DNA of 64,000 nt from Utricularia gibba. Taxonomy: Eukaryota; Plantae; Magnoliophyta. Position 1 is the stretch's first letter. The number at the start of each line of letters is the position of its first letter. The position numbers were made by a program, and so were the translations under genes. Below the pieces are notes generated by a model. It saw only the letters and a program-made list of their open reading frames with translations, did no database searches and was not told the DNA's origin. Shown here one piece after another: positions 38,171 to 49,439 of the stretch. Location of the stretch: positions 2,666,001 through 2,730,000 of the forward strand of contig NEEC01000014.1 of NCBI GenBank assembly GCA_002189035.1, given 5' to 3'.

Positions 38171-39485
38171 TAGGGAGTAGACGGTTTTCAATTGTACATT
38201 CTATACGTAAGCAGGAGTAAACAAGGAGTTTTCTTCAAGTAGTGGGTTTTTGCTCTTAGGAAATTATAAAAATTCTCGAATGAGTTACTACACTAAAGAC
38301 AAACAATATAACACACAAATAAGCATTTCTGGAACATTAAAAATAACCATTACACTTAATACAAAAATTAAGCATGCTTAAAAGATAACCTAAATATGCT
38401 CTAGTTACTATTACGATTCATGCATGAAAAAAGTAAAGAACATGACGAAGAAAAACATGCTAAGTTGAAAACACTCAAACAAGATGAATGTTCACCGGCA
38501 AATGTTAAGTGAACTGGCAAGTTGTGAAAATGCAGAAATAAAATACAACAAAATAAAAAGTTTGTTCATGACTCCAAGTTAGTTATCTATGTCAATCATC
38601 TTCTCCTTCTTGTGCTGGCTGGTTCTTAGGCTTGTTGGGACGGTTTCTAGAGTTCTATTGCCATTCTAGATGATGGAGGTGGTTCCAGTGTCACTTTGGA
38701 ACTATTTCCTTCACCTTTTTTGCACAAGTAGATTATTGTTTTGCAAGGTTTTGAGCACTTATGGTGGGCTCTATTGTCATGTTGGAACTTTCACTCCTTT
38801 GTTTTCTTTCCTGAAACTAGTTCAAACTCATCAAAAAACCTTTCCACTCGATCGTGCCTGGCTCTCTTTGTGCCTTACTGATGAGCCCCAGGAAGATAAT
38901 GAAGTGTATTTGAAGAATGATGAGGAGTTTGTTCAAGTGAACAAATTAGAAAGAAAGATGATTCCACCAGGACCAATGACTAGGAGCAAGACAAAGATGG
39001 TTGAAGATACACTTAAGGGTCTACTCAATACCATTGGAATCAAACATGGGCTTGAAGACATCCCATCAAAAGAGCTCAACTACTTAAAGATGGACTTAAC
39101 TTAGAGCATTGGGCTTGTTAGACTTTTCTATTTCATTTAGTTTGGACTATGTAATGTTAGAGCCCAATTCTAGAGTATAAATACTCTAGAGATGTACTAA
39201 TTCAGGATCTTTGGTCATTTTATGTATCTTGTGAGGATTCCCCTCTCCTTTGAGTGCTTGAACACTCTTAACTTATCAAGCTTTGAGCTTGTGGCGTTCT
39301 AGGATTATCACTTCCAATCAATCTCTCTTTTCTGAAGTGTGGCTCCTAATTTTCTTTGTTTCGAAGTCTGGTTGCAAGAGATTTATTCTCTTGAGGGTAG
39401 ACTTGGGTGGGTTCTCTTCTAAGCTTCAAAATCACCTCTTTTTTGTGGGTTGCTAATCTCTATAGATTAGAGGGTCACATCATTT

Positions 39486-39497
39486 TGGTATCAGAGC
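39486..39497 (+). promoter_or_regulatory. PBS complementary to initiator tRNA-Met
   Basis: tggtatcagagc lies 3 nt after the 5' LTR. Confidence 0.95.
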
Positions 39498-40315
39498 TTT
39501 GGGTTCCTTATCCTTATTATTATCCAGTTCTTGTTTGAGTTCTTCCATTCCTGCCTATTCAAAAAAAAAAAAAAAAAAAAATCGTTCAAGCCAAGTCCTT
39601 ATTACTTTTGGCTTTAGTACAAAAAAAAAAGGGAGGTTCACAGGAAGTTGATTGAAGAAGAGCTCGAAATTGAGTGTCAATTGAATAGCAAGAACACATT
39701 GAATATCATTTTCAAGTGTGCAAGAGGATAAGGAGTGTGAAGGTGAACATCCATTACCCATCACTATCATCCATTATTATGTATGTTTAAATTGTGGCCC
39801 ACCCCTCTACTTTTCCCATTCCACCAACCAACGACTTTATTGTTGTTTTTCTTATCTTCAATTCCCATCCCCTGTCATTCACGTGTCCCCACCTTTCCAT
39901 TTGACTATTCTCTTTGTTGATTGCCCATTCCTATATTTCTATAGTTTAGCAAGCAACACATTTCGTGTGTAGTGCTCTATTCTCTGATTTCATCTGTTCT
40001 TACCTTGTTGTCCATCCTTCCTATTTATCTATTCCAACAAGCAACCAATTTAATTTAAACACTTCCCTTTGTCTCCATCTTGAGACTATTAATACTGCCA
40101 CCCTCACCTAACTCCATCATTACACTATAATCAATACCAATCTGGAAGTGATTAATTCGTTAGATGCCATGAGAACAAGCATGATGACATTAAAGAGTGC
40201 ATCAAGGACTTGAAGCTTGAGTATTGAGTGGTAAATCTTGTGTGTGTTTCTTTGTTCTTTTTAGTTTAGTCTCTTTTCTTCCTTGCTGCTCGTTTTCTTT
40301 TGTCCAGTATTTAGG

Positions 40316-43300
40316 ATGTCAAATTCCAGAAGTGAGCATGAAAAGGATGACTCACCGGATGGGAGGTTCACTTTGAAAGCTATGCAACAGGAGTTCACTA
40401 GATTGCATCGCATTCTGGAAAACATAAATGTCAGGCTTGATGAACACGAAAATTCTTTGCAAAATGTTGCAAGAGCACGAAGACAAGATAATTATGCTGC
40501 TGGAAGGGGTCGAGGTAGTCAATTGCATCAACGCATCAACACTGAACATGACTTAAGTGATCAACAAAGTGCAAGGACTGTTGGAAGAAGAGATCGAACC
40601 CTGAATACTGATGAAGAAGATGACTACATTGAACATAGTGAAAATGATTTTGTGCATGGGGATACAAGAAGATTTCGAGATCAGGGAGGTAGAAGAGACG
40701 GAGGAAGAATTGGAAAGGATGTTAACAACATCAAGATGAAGATACCTCAATTTCAAGGAAAGAATGATCCAGATGCATATCTCCAATGGGAAACAAGAGT
40801 AGAACATGTCTTTGATTGCAACACCTTCTCTGACGAAAAGAAAATCAGATTGGCCTCCATGGAATTTAGTGAGTATGCTATCATTTGGTGGGATCAATTG
40901 GTGGCTAAAAGAAGGATTGACTCTGAAGAACCAATTCACACTTGGGTTGAGATGAAAAGAGTTATGAGGAGGCGGTTTGTTCCAAACCATTACCAAAGAG
41001 ATGTTTATCAACGTTTGCAAAATCTCAAGCAGGGCTCAAGGCCAGTGGAGGAATATTGGCAGGAAATGGAGATTTTAATGATTAGAGCTCATGTTCAGGA
41101 AGATAGAGAAGCAACTATGGCTAGGTTTCTTCATGGGATGAATAAGGAGATTGCAAATATTGTGGAGCTTCATCACTACATTGAGATGGAGGACATGATT
41201 CATATGGCCACAAAGGTTGAGAAACAACTATCTAGCAAGAGTTTCGCAAGAGATTTCAACAAGAGGACTTCTGGTTCGAAATTTGGGGGCACCAATGAGA
41301 TGATGGAGAGAAATAAAGGGAAGTCATCCATGGAACACTTCAAATTCGACATCCAATCAAGTTCCAAGCAAGGGGAGCGAACAACACCTCCAAAGGGAAC
41401 TACCAGAAACATAAAATGTTTCAAATGCTTGGGACTTGGACATATTGCTTCTGAATGCCCAAATAAACGAGCAATGGTGATTAGGGGCAATGGCGAAGTT
41501 GTTAGTGAAGATGATGATGATCTAGTGGAGACAGAAGCTGAAGTGAGTGATGAGGATGAATTGCCTGTTTCTGGAGAAGTATTAGTCACTCGAAGGACGC
41601 TTAACATTGGGGTGAAGGATAATGATGAGCAAAGGAAGAACTTGTTTCAAACCCGATGCTTTGTTAATAGGAAAGTTTGCAGCCTGATTATTGATGGAGG
41701 TAGTTGCACCAATGTTGCTAGCAACATCTTGGTGGAGAAATTGGGACTACCCACCGTGAGGCATCCTAAGCCTTACAATCTGCAGTGGTTCAATGAAGGA
41801 AGTGAGGTAAAGGTTACCAAACAAGTGCTTGTGACGTTTTCCATAGGGAGATATGAAGATGAAGTCCTATGTGATGTTGTTCCTATGCATGCAAGCCATA
41901 TTCTTCTTGGGAGACCTTAGGAATATGATAGAAGAGCATTTCATGATGGTTTCAAGAACAAATATTCCTTCAATTATAATGGACGCTCCATCACACTTGC
42001 TCCATTATCTCCAAAGGAGGCACATGAAGATCAAGTCAGAATTCTGAGTGATGCTAGAGGCCTTCATACTGATAATGGAAAGCACAAGGTGGTCGTTCAT
42101 AAGGGAGAAGAGATGAGTGAAGTGAAAATGAGTGAAAAAAAGATGCGAAAAAGTGGAGAAAAAATAAGAGATGGCAAGGAATTGAGTGGAAAAAAGGATG
42201 AAAATGAGCACAAAACAGAGAGTGAAAACATGAGAGTTTTAGGAATTGAGAGAAAGAATGAGAGTCTATTAGCAAGGCCAAGTGAGATTAGACACTTACT
42301 TCATGCTAGGCAACCATTCATTCTACTCATGTATAAGGATGAAGTTCCTACTTCACCTAACCATGCTTCATCCATTCCATCTTGTGTTGTGTCTCTCTTA
42401 CAGGTATATGAAGATGTTTTTCCAGAAGAACTTCAAGGCTTACCTCCCCTTAGAGGGATTGAGCATCAAATTGACCTTGTCCCTGGAGCACAACTCCCAA
42501 ACCGACCAGCATACCGAGCCAATCCAGAGGAGACGAAGGAAATACAAAAACAAGTTGAGTAATTGGTGTCTAAAGGATTTGTGCGTGAGAGCATGAGTCC
42601 TTGCTCGGTGCCGGTGTTATTGGTTCCAAAGTCTGATGGAACTTGGCGGATGTGCACTGATTGTCGCGCCATCAACAACATCACAATCAAGTATAGACAT
42701 CCTATCCCTAGACTTGAAGATATGCTTGATGAATTGCATGGTGCTTGTGTTTTTAGTAAGATTGATTTGAGAAGTGGATATCATCAGATTAGAATGAAGG
42801 AAGGTGATGAGTGGAAAACTGCTTTTAAAACTAAGTTTGGTTTGTATGAGTGGGTTGTTATGCCTTTTGGGTTAACCAATGCTCCTAGCACCTTTATGAG
42901 ATTGATGAATCACGTTCTTAGGCCTTTTATAGGTAGATTTGTTGTTGTTTATTTTGATGATATTCTGATCTATAGTAAAAGTATTGAGGAACATGTAGGG
43001 CATTTGAAAGATGTGTTAGATACTCTTAGAAAAGAGAAGTTGTTTGCTAATATCAAAAAGTGTGTCTTTTGCACAAATAGTGTCTCTTTTCTTGGATATG
43101 TTGTAAGTAATGCAGGAGTAGCTGTGGATGAAGAGAAAGTAAGAGCAATCAAAGAATGGCCAACACCTACATCAGTGGGTGAAGTTAGGAGTTTTCATGG
43201 TTTAGCAAGTTTCTATAGACGGTTTGTTAAGGACTTCAGTTCTATAGCAGCACCCCTCACCCAGTTGATCAAGAAAAATCATGCATTTCATTGGGGAGAT

Positions 43301-45043
43301 GAGCAGGAACATGCTTTCAAACAACTCAAGAATAAGCTTTGCTCAACACCTCTCCTAGCACTTCCAAATTTTTCTGATACTTTTGAAATTGAATGTGATG
43401 CATCAGGTTTAGGGATTGGTGCTGTGTTGATGCAAAAGGGACGTCCACTTGCTTATTTTAGTGAGAAGCTTCATGGTGCCACCCTCAACTATCCAACATA
43501 TGACAAAGAGTTGTATGCGTTGGTTAGAGCTTTGGAGACATGGCAGCACTACTTATGGCCTAAGGAGTTCGTGATACACACTGATCATGAGTCTCTCAAA
43601 CATTTGAAGGCTCAAGTAAAGCTGAATAGAAGACATGCTAAGTGGGTGGAATTCATTGACACATTCCCATATGTGATCAAATACAAGAAAGGTAAGGAGA
43701 ATGTGGTTGCTGATGCTTTATCTCGAAGGTACACTCTCTTAGCCAATCTTGATGCAAGAATTCTTGGATTTGCTTCCATCATTGACTTATATGTTCATGA
43801 TCACGATTTTGGGGATATTTATAAGGCATGTGAACTTGCTACATCTGGGCTATTCTTCAGGAAAGATGGTTTTCTTTATAGGAAAGATAGGCTATGCATT
43901 CCTTCTTGCTCCATACGTGATTTGATTGTTAGAGAAGCTCATGGTGGGGGACTAATGGGACATTTTGGTGTTAAAAAGACTCTTGATACTCTCACCCAAC
44001 ATTTCTTTTGGCCACACATGAGAAGGGATGTTGAAATAATTTGTTCTAGATGTATCTCTTGTAGGAAGGCTAAATCAACCACTGCCCCTAATGGTTTGTA
44101 TACTCCACTCCCTACTCCTTCCCAACCATGGGTGGACATTTCTATGGACTTTGTTTTAGGCTTACCTCGTACCCAAAGGGGTAGAGATTCAATTTTCGTT
44201 GTTGTGGACAGGTTTTCAAAGATGGCACACTTTATTCCCTGCCATAAAACTGATGATGCATCTCATGTGGCTGATCTCTTCTTTAGGGAAGTTGTTAGAC
44301 TTCATGGTATGCCCCTAACTATTGTCTCTGATCGAGATGCAAGGTTTCTTAGTCACTTTTGGAGAGTTCTTTGAAGTAAACTTGGCACTAAGCTGTTATA
44401 CTCAACAACATGTCACCCTCAAACCGATGGGCAAACTGAGGTAACTAATCGCACACTTTCTACCTTACTTAGGATTATGATTAAATCAAATCTTAAGACT
44501 TGGGAGGAATGTTTGCCACTTGTTGAGTTTGCTTACAATAGAACCATGCATCTGACTACTAAATTATCTCCATTTGAAGTCGTTTATGGTTTTAATCTTC
44601 TTACACCTTTGGATATGTTACCTTTGCCTTGTGATGAGAAAGTTAGTTTAGATGGCAAGAAGAGAGCTGATGCAATCAGAAGATTGCATGAAAAGGTGAA
44701 ACAACAGATTGAATGCAACAATGCAAAGTATGCATCAGCAGCAAACAAGGGGAGACGCAAAGTTGTATTTGAACCTGGAGATTGGGTTTGGCTTCATCTT
44801 AGGAAGGAGAGATTTCCCACAAAGAGAAAGTCCAAACTTCTACCTCGTGGAGATGGCCCTTTCCAAGTTGTTGAGCGCGTTAATGATAATGCGTACAAGC
44901 TAGATTTACCAGGTGAGTATTCTGTTCATTCAACTTTCAATGTTGCTGATTTGTCTCTTTTCGACATGGATACAGATTCAGGGACGAATCTTCCTAAAGA
45001 AAGGGGGATGATGAGCCCCAGGAAGATAATGAAGTGTATTTGA
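40316..45043 (+). pseudogene. CRM gag-pol in a single frame with 3 in-frame stops (41918, 42560, 44372)
   Basis: The ORF pieces at 40283, 42089, 42563 and 44477 share one frame. Motifs: [47 protein letters not shown]. Confidence 0.95.
44996..45008 (+). promoter_or_regulatory. Polypurine tract of the CRM element
   Basis: aaagaaaggggga lies immediately before TGATG at 45009. Confidence 0.9.
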
Positions 45044-45953
45044 AGAATGATGAGGAGTTTGTTCAAGTGAACAAATTAGAAAGAAAGATGATTCCACCAG
45101 GACCAATGACTAGGAGCAAGACAAAGATGGTTGAAGATACACTTAAGGGTCTACTCAATACCATTGGAATCAAACATGGGCTTGAAGACATCCCATCAAA
45201 AGAGCTCAACTACTTGAAGATGGACTTAACTTAGAGCATTGGGCTTGTTAGACTTTTCTATTTCATTTAGTTTGGACTATGTAATGTTAGAGCCCAATTC
45301 TAGAGTATAAATACTCTAGAGATGTACTAATTCAGGATCTTTGGTCATTTTATGTATCTTGTGAGGATTCCCCTCTCCTTTGAGTGCTTGAACACTCTTA
45401 ACTTATCAAGCTTTGAGCTTGTGGCGTTCTAGGATTATCACTTCCAATCAATCTCTCTTTTCTGAAGTGTGGCTCCTAATTTTCTTTGTTTCGAAGTCTG
45501 GTTGCAAGAGATTTATTCTCTTGAGGGTAGACTTGGGTGGGTTCTCTTCTAAGTTTCAAAATCACCTCTTTTTTGTGGGTTGCTAATCTCTATAGATTAG
45601 AGGGTCACATCACTTACAAAGGCTTAGCTTCTCCTCGTTCCCTAATTCCTACTGGGTAGTCTTATCTCCTCGTGCATGTAGATGCTCAATTCCCATTTTG
45701 CCTCTAGGCTGATAAATACTACGTAGAGTGGTCAGTATACATGGCATAGTACAAATGGGCTGGCCGTTCTTGGGACTGGATGAACAGTGAGTTCACCTCA
45801 ACAAGATAATCAATGCAAAATAGGGCTAAAAACATGTTTTTATACACACTAAATTTACTAACATTAATTTTTGAATTTTTACATATTTTACCTCACCTAA
45901 TTCCTTATCCTAACATTTATAATACCACAAATATGACTGATTTTAACTCAACA

Positions 45954-48090
45954 TAATCTGCACTCATGTGGGTATAAGTTCCCCTTGTTAATTGCTCATC
46001 ACTGTGATACTAATCTTCTTTAAGACAACTTGCATAAGACGAACCTACCCACTATTAGAGATTGGATAAATGATATTGGCAGATATTAGCTTCAAAATAT
46101 CATTCTTGAATACTTCCACCATCGGGGATAAGTTAGTCTCCTTTGCGACTATCAAACAAGCTTCATTGCATCCTCTAAGCCAATCCTACGAGTGCAAATA
46201 GAAAGGCTTATTCTCTTGATGTCAGTTAAAGTCCATCCAATTGCTTTTTTGTACTTTTGAAGTAGAGCCTTGAGCTTCTCTTTCTGTTCTAGGTTAGTGA
46301 ACTTACAACAATAACAGGTAGGGTTCATCATCACCGAGGAATAAATATTACAAATTTTGGGGCAAAGTCTTTCACTTTAATGATGTTGCTTGAATAAGGG
46401 AATGCACTTGTAGTTCGCTAGGCATTTCCAGGCTAAGGAAAGAAACATCATGAGCTTTAGGTTCTTTGGGTAGATCATTTCAATGATGGAAAACTTGATA
46501 ATTAGCAAGAGACAAACTGTTAGATTGAGAAATTTTGTCACTATATTTTGGTTCGGGATCTTGCTCATGAATTATCATATAGTGATCAGTATTAGTTTCA
46601 CATGTGGAAATCGCGTGTATCTCATTGATCTGGTCAATATGCTTCATGGCTCGGTCGAGATTGAAGTCCACCACCTATTCGGCGTAACATGTGATCTATC
46701 TACTAATTGGCATACAACATTCGTTGGTTGAAGTTTTCCTAACTTAGATGCAATAAATAAACAAAGAGATCTAGGAAAAACATTGACCGAGGCACCAAGA
46801 TCATATATACCTATTGAAATCTTCATACTTCCAATGATAACAAGAATTGAGAACATAATAGGATTCTTAAATATACATGGCATTTTCCTTTCAATGATGA
46901 CTGAAATGTTCTCAGTCAAAGGAATTACCTCTTATTTCACCTTCACTTTATTCTTTGGATTGCATTGACCCTTCAACAATTTGGCATATTTTGGAACTTG
47001 TTCAATCATATCGAGAAGAGTAATAGAAATATTTATTTTCTTCATCTTCTCCATAAAAGTTTTCAGTCCCTTCTTGTCCTTGTTGCTTCTTCGATCGGGA
47101 AGGTTGACAATATAACAAAGGGCTTTGTCTGAGTGATTTCGTTTGCATCATTTTGCTTAGCATCTTCAGGTGGCTTCAAAATAACATTGTTCTACACTAG
47201 TAGGCCATTTGGATTCTCACAAATGATCTCCTCGTTGACATCAGAATCTCTATCTATGACTTCCAACTCTTTTTCTTCCAATCTGTCAATCGTATTTGTG
47301 AATCATGGAAAAGAATGTAGTAGGTTCGTTCCACTTCTTAGTGAAATGGCCTTGATATGCTATGGATTTTGTGCTGGCTCGTTTGGCAATCCTCCCTTCA
47401 TTTTCAAAAGGTTGATTGTCTGCGTTATCTAGGTAATCTAGCCTTGAATACTTGTGATTTGTCACTTCATATCCTTTTGCTCAGCATGCATCTTGAAAAT
47501 GCTTTCAGCAAGAGATTTCTTCATAACTTCAAAACTTTGGTTTGCTTGGCATGAAACCTTGTGTTGCTCTTGAGGTCCAATAATCTGCAATGGCTGAGGT
47601 GGTCTAGTGATAGTTTTTTGGGATATGCTAGGTGGATTTCTAGGTGATGGTGCTTGACTAGGGGTGCTGCCTGTCTCTAGAAAAAACCAAGATTATCTCT
47701 TATCAATATTTGATAGTTTTCATAATTGTCCATCTCTCTTTGGTTTTGATAAAAAACATTGACTTCTTCCACCATCATTTCATTAAAATTCTTTGTCTTG
47801 GCTTAACATGAGATGACATTGAAATTGAAGTTCCTTGATATCCTTCCTTTTGTTGAAGTAGGGCTTGAAGACCAAACTTAAACATGTCACTCATTATTAC
47901 ATAATACTTCTGAGTTATCTACTTCATAGACCGCTTTTGTTGCTCCAATATTTCCTTCAGGTGGGTTGTAGGAATTATCATAATGGTTGACTATGGAATA
48001 GGAGTTTGTAATCATCTGTTCAATCAATCTCCGAGTATTAGCATTGTGACGGTTCTCTAATAATGGTCTAGTACAGCGGTATCCATTTGT
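45954..48090 (-). mobile_element. Athila gag-protease-RT start, degenerate
   Basis: RRLIEQMITNS (gag), IYDLGASVNVFP...QLVDRS (protease), KKAIGWTLTDIKRIS and YPISNS...QVVLKK (RT start). Confidence 0.85.
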
Positions 48091-48178
48091 CTATGGATCA
48101 TATGAGTCAATCTTTCATTGAAGTGTTGCATATAACAATATCAAATAAAATAGTTTGTCATACGGTTCTCTTTTGGTC

Positions 48179-49201
48179 CAACTTTCTAATAGTTTTCTTT
48201 GAGCAATGCAGTATAGGTCGCAACACAAATCCCAAGGAGTTGGATATAAACAGTGTAGTGGTAGAAGATGAGGCAGAAGTCTGAAAAGGAGTACACACAA
48301 AATCCAAGGAAGGAAAACGTAGTATTTTGAACAAAAAGAGGGACAAGATGGAGAGAGAAAAATATCTCCCCCATTGGAGACACATGATATTCTTTCTGGA
48401 GAAGGTTTTCTGGGGGGGGGGGGGAAGGAGGAAGACGAACAGGAATGGAGCTTATGTTTGAAGACTATTTTTCTGTTTCCAAAGAATATTACTCTTAGTT
48501 AAGAACATATAGCGACATTTTCTAGTTTTATGTTGACATTTTAAATTCCTTGCTTGTTTACTTTCTGGTATTCGACTATGAGATTACAATCTGGATAATG
48601 TTTTCTTTTCTATTTTCGTTTATCTTAAATATGAGTGGTTAAGTACTTAGACCTGCCTTGGGGTGAAAGGGGAGAAATGTGCCAATCAATCTTAGATTTG
48701 ATCAACCCATAGGTCACACCACTTCCTTAGCAAACCAAGATAGATTCATGAGGGGGAAGTAGTGAAACCCAGCTTAAAAACCCTAATTAGAGGTAGACCA
48801 AAGATTAGGGGGAAAATAAGAGTCCGGATAGACCTAGACCTTGTGAGTTAGTCATTTGATTTATGGTTTGTATGAACTTGTTTATTGATGAGCATATATC
48901 CCCCAGGAGTCCCAAGGCATCACCCATTTTATTCTAGAAACAACCGAATTCAAAAAGTTGTTACTTTTCTTTACTGTATTTTATTGCAACTCTACCTTTG
49001 TCCTAGTTAAGACCAAATCTACCAACGTGACACTGATTGCATGCATTGATTAATCACATAGCAAGCATCATACTACTTATGTTTGACTCTAGTCCACTAT
49101 GCTCATATTCTTCATATGATTTAATGTGAATTATGTTTATAAATTTTATTTGATAGGAAAATTTGCGATTTTAACAACAATGCAAAACTTTTTGTTTATC
49201 A
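48179..49201 (+). mobile_element. LTR family A, 5'-truncated
   Basis: Aligns with 13440-14444; ends tttatca; contains a G13 run near 48410. Confidence 0.85.
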
Positions 49202-49439
49202 ATTAGTTAATAAATAGAATAAAATAATTACATGAGATGTAATTGGTAAAGTAGATAAATTAAATAGAGAGTTATTTTGAGATTAATATTGATTAAACTC
49301 AAAACAAAATATCTGGTATAGATAAAATTGGAGAATATATATATCTATTAAATTTCTATGAGATAAGATCTTTATGGAGATTTGATTAGATATATTACCA
49401 AATATCTATATAAAATAATAAGCAAGATTCGATCTTTAT

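Larger units (their letters stand above)
38879..45612 (+). mobile_element. Full-length CRM (centromeric chromovirus, group A-type) LTR retrotransposon, 6734 bp, TSD CTTAC
   Basis: LTRs 38879-39482 and 45009-45612 (604 bp, TG...CA, 2 mismatches); TSD 38874-38878 and 45613-45617; PBS-Met; PPT; CR motif GPMTRSKTK inside the LTR. Confidence 0.97.
38200..45953 (-). mobile_element. Athila-type LTR (~1.0 kb when rejoined) split by the CRM insertion
   Basis: Starts TGTTGAG at 45953, where the RT reading GELIPT breaks off. Has the purine-rich then T-rich LTR architecture. The left end is approximate. Confidence 0.5.

Noticed and set aside
38670-39104. 144-aa ORF fusing flank sequence to the CR motif of the 5' LTR
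   Set aside because: A chance in-frame junction; the first 70 codons are antisense LTR sequence with no promoter evidence.
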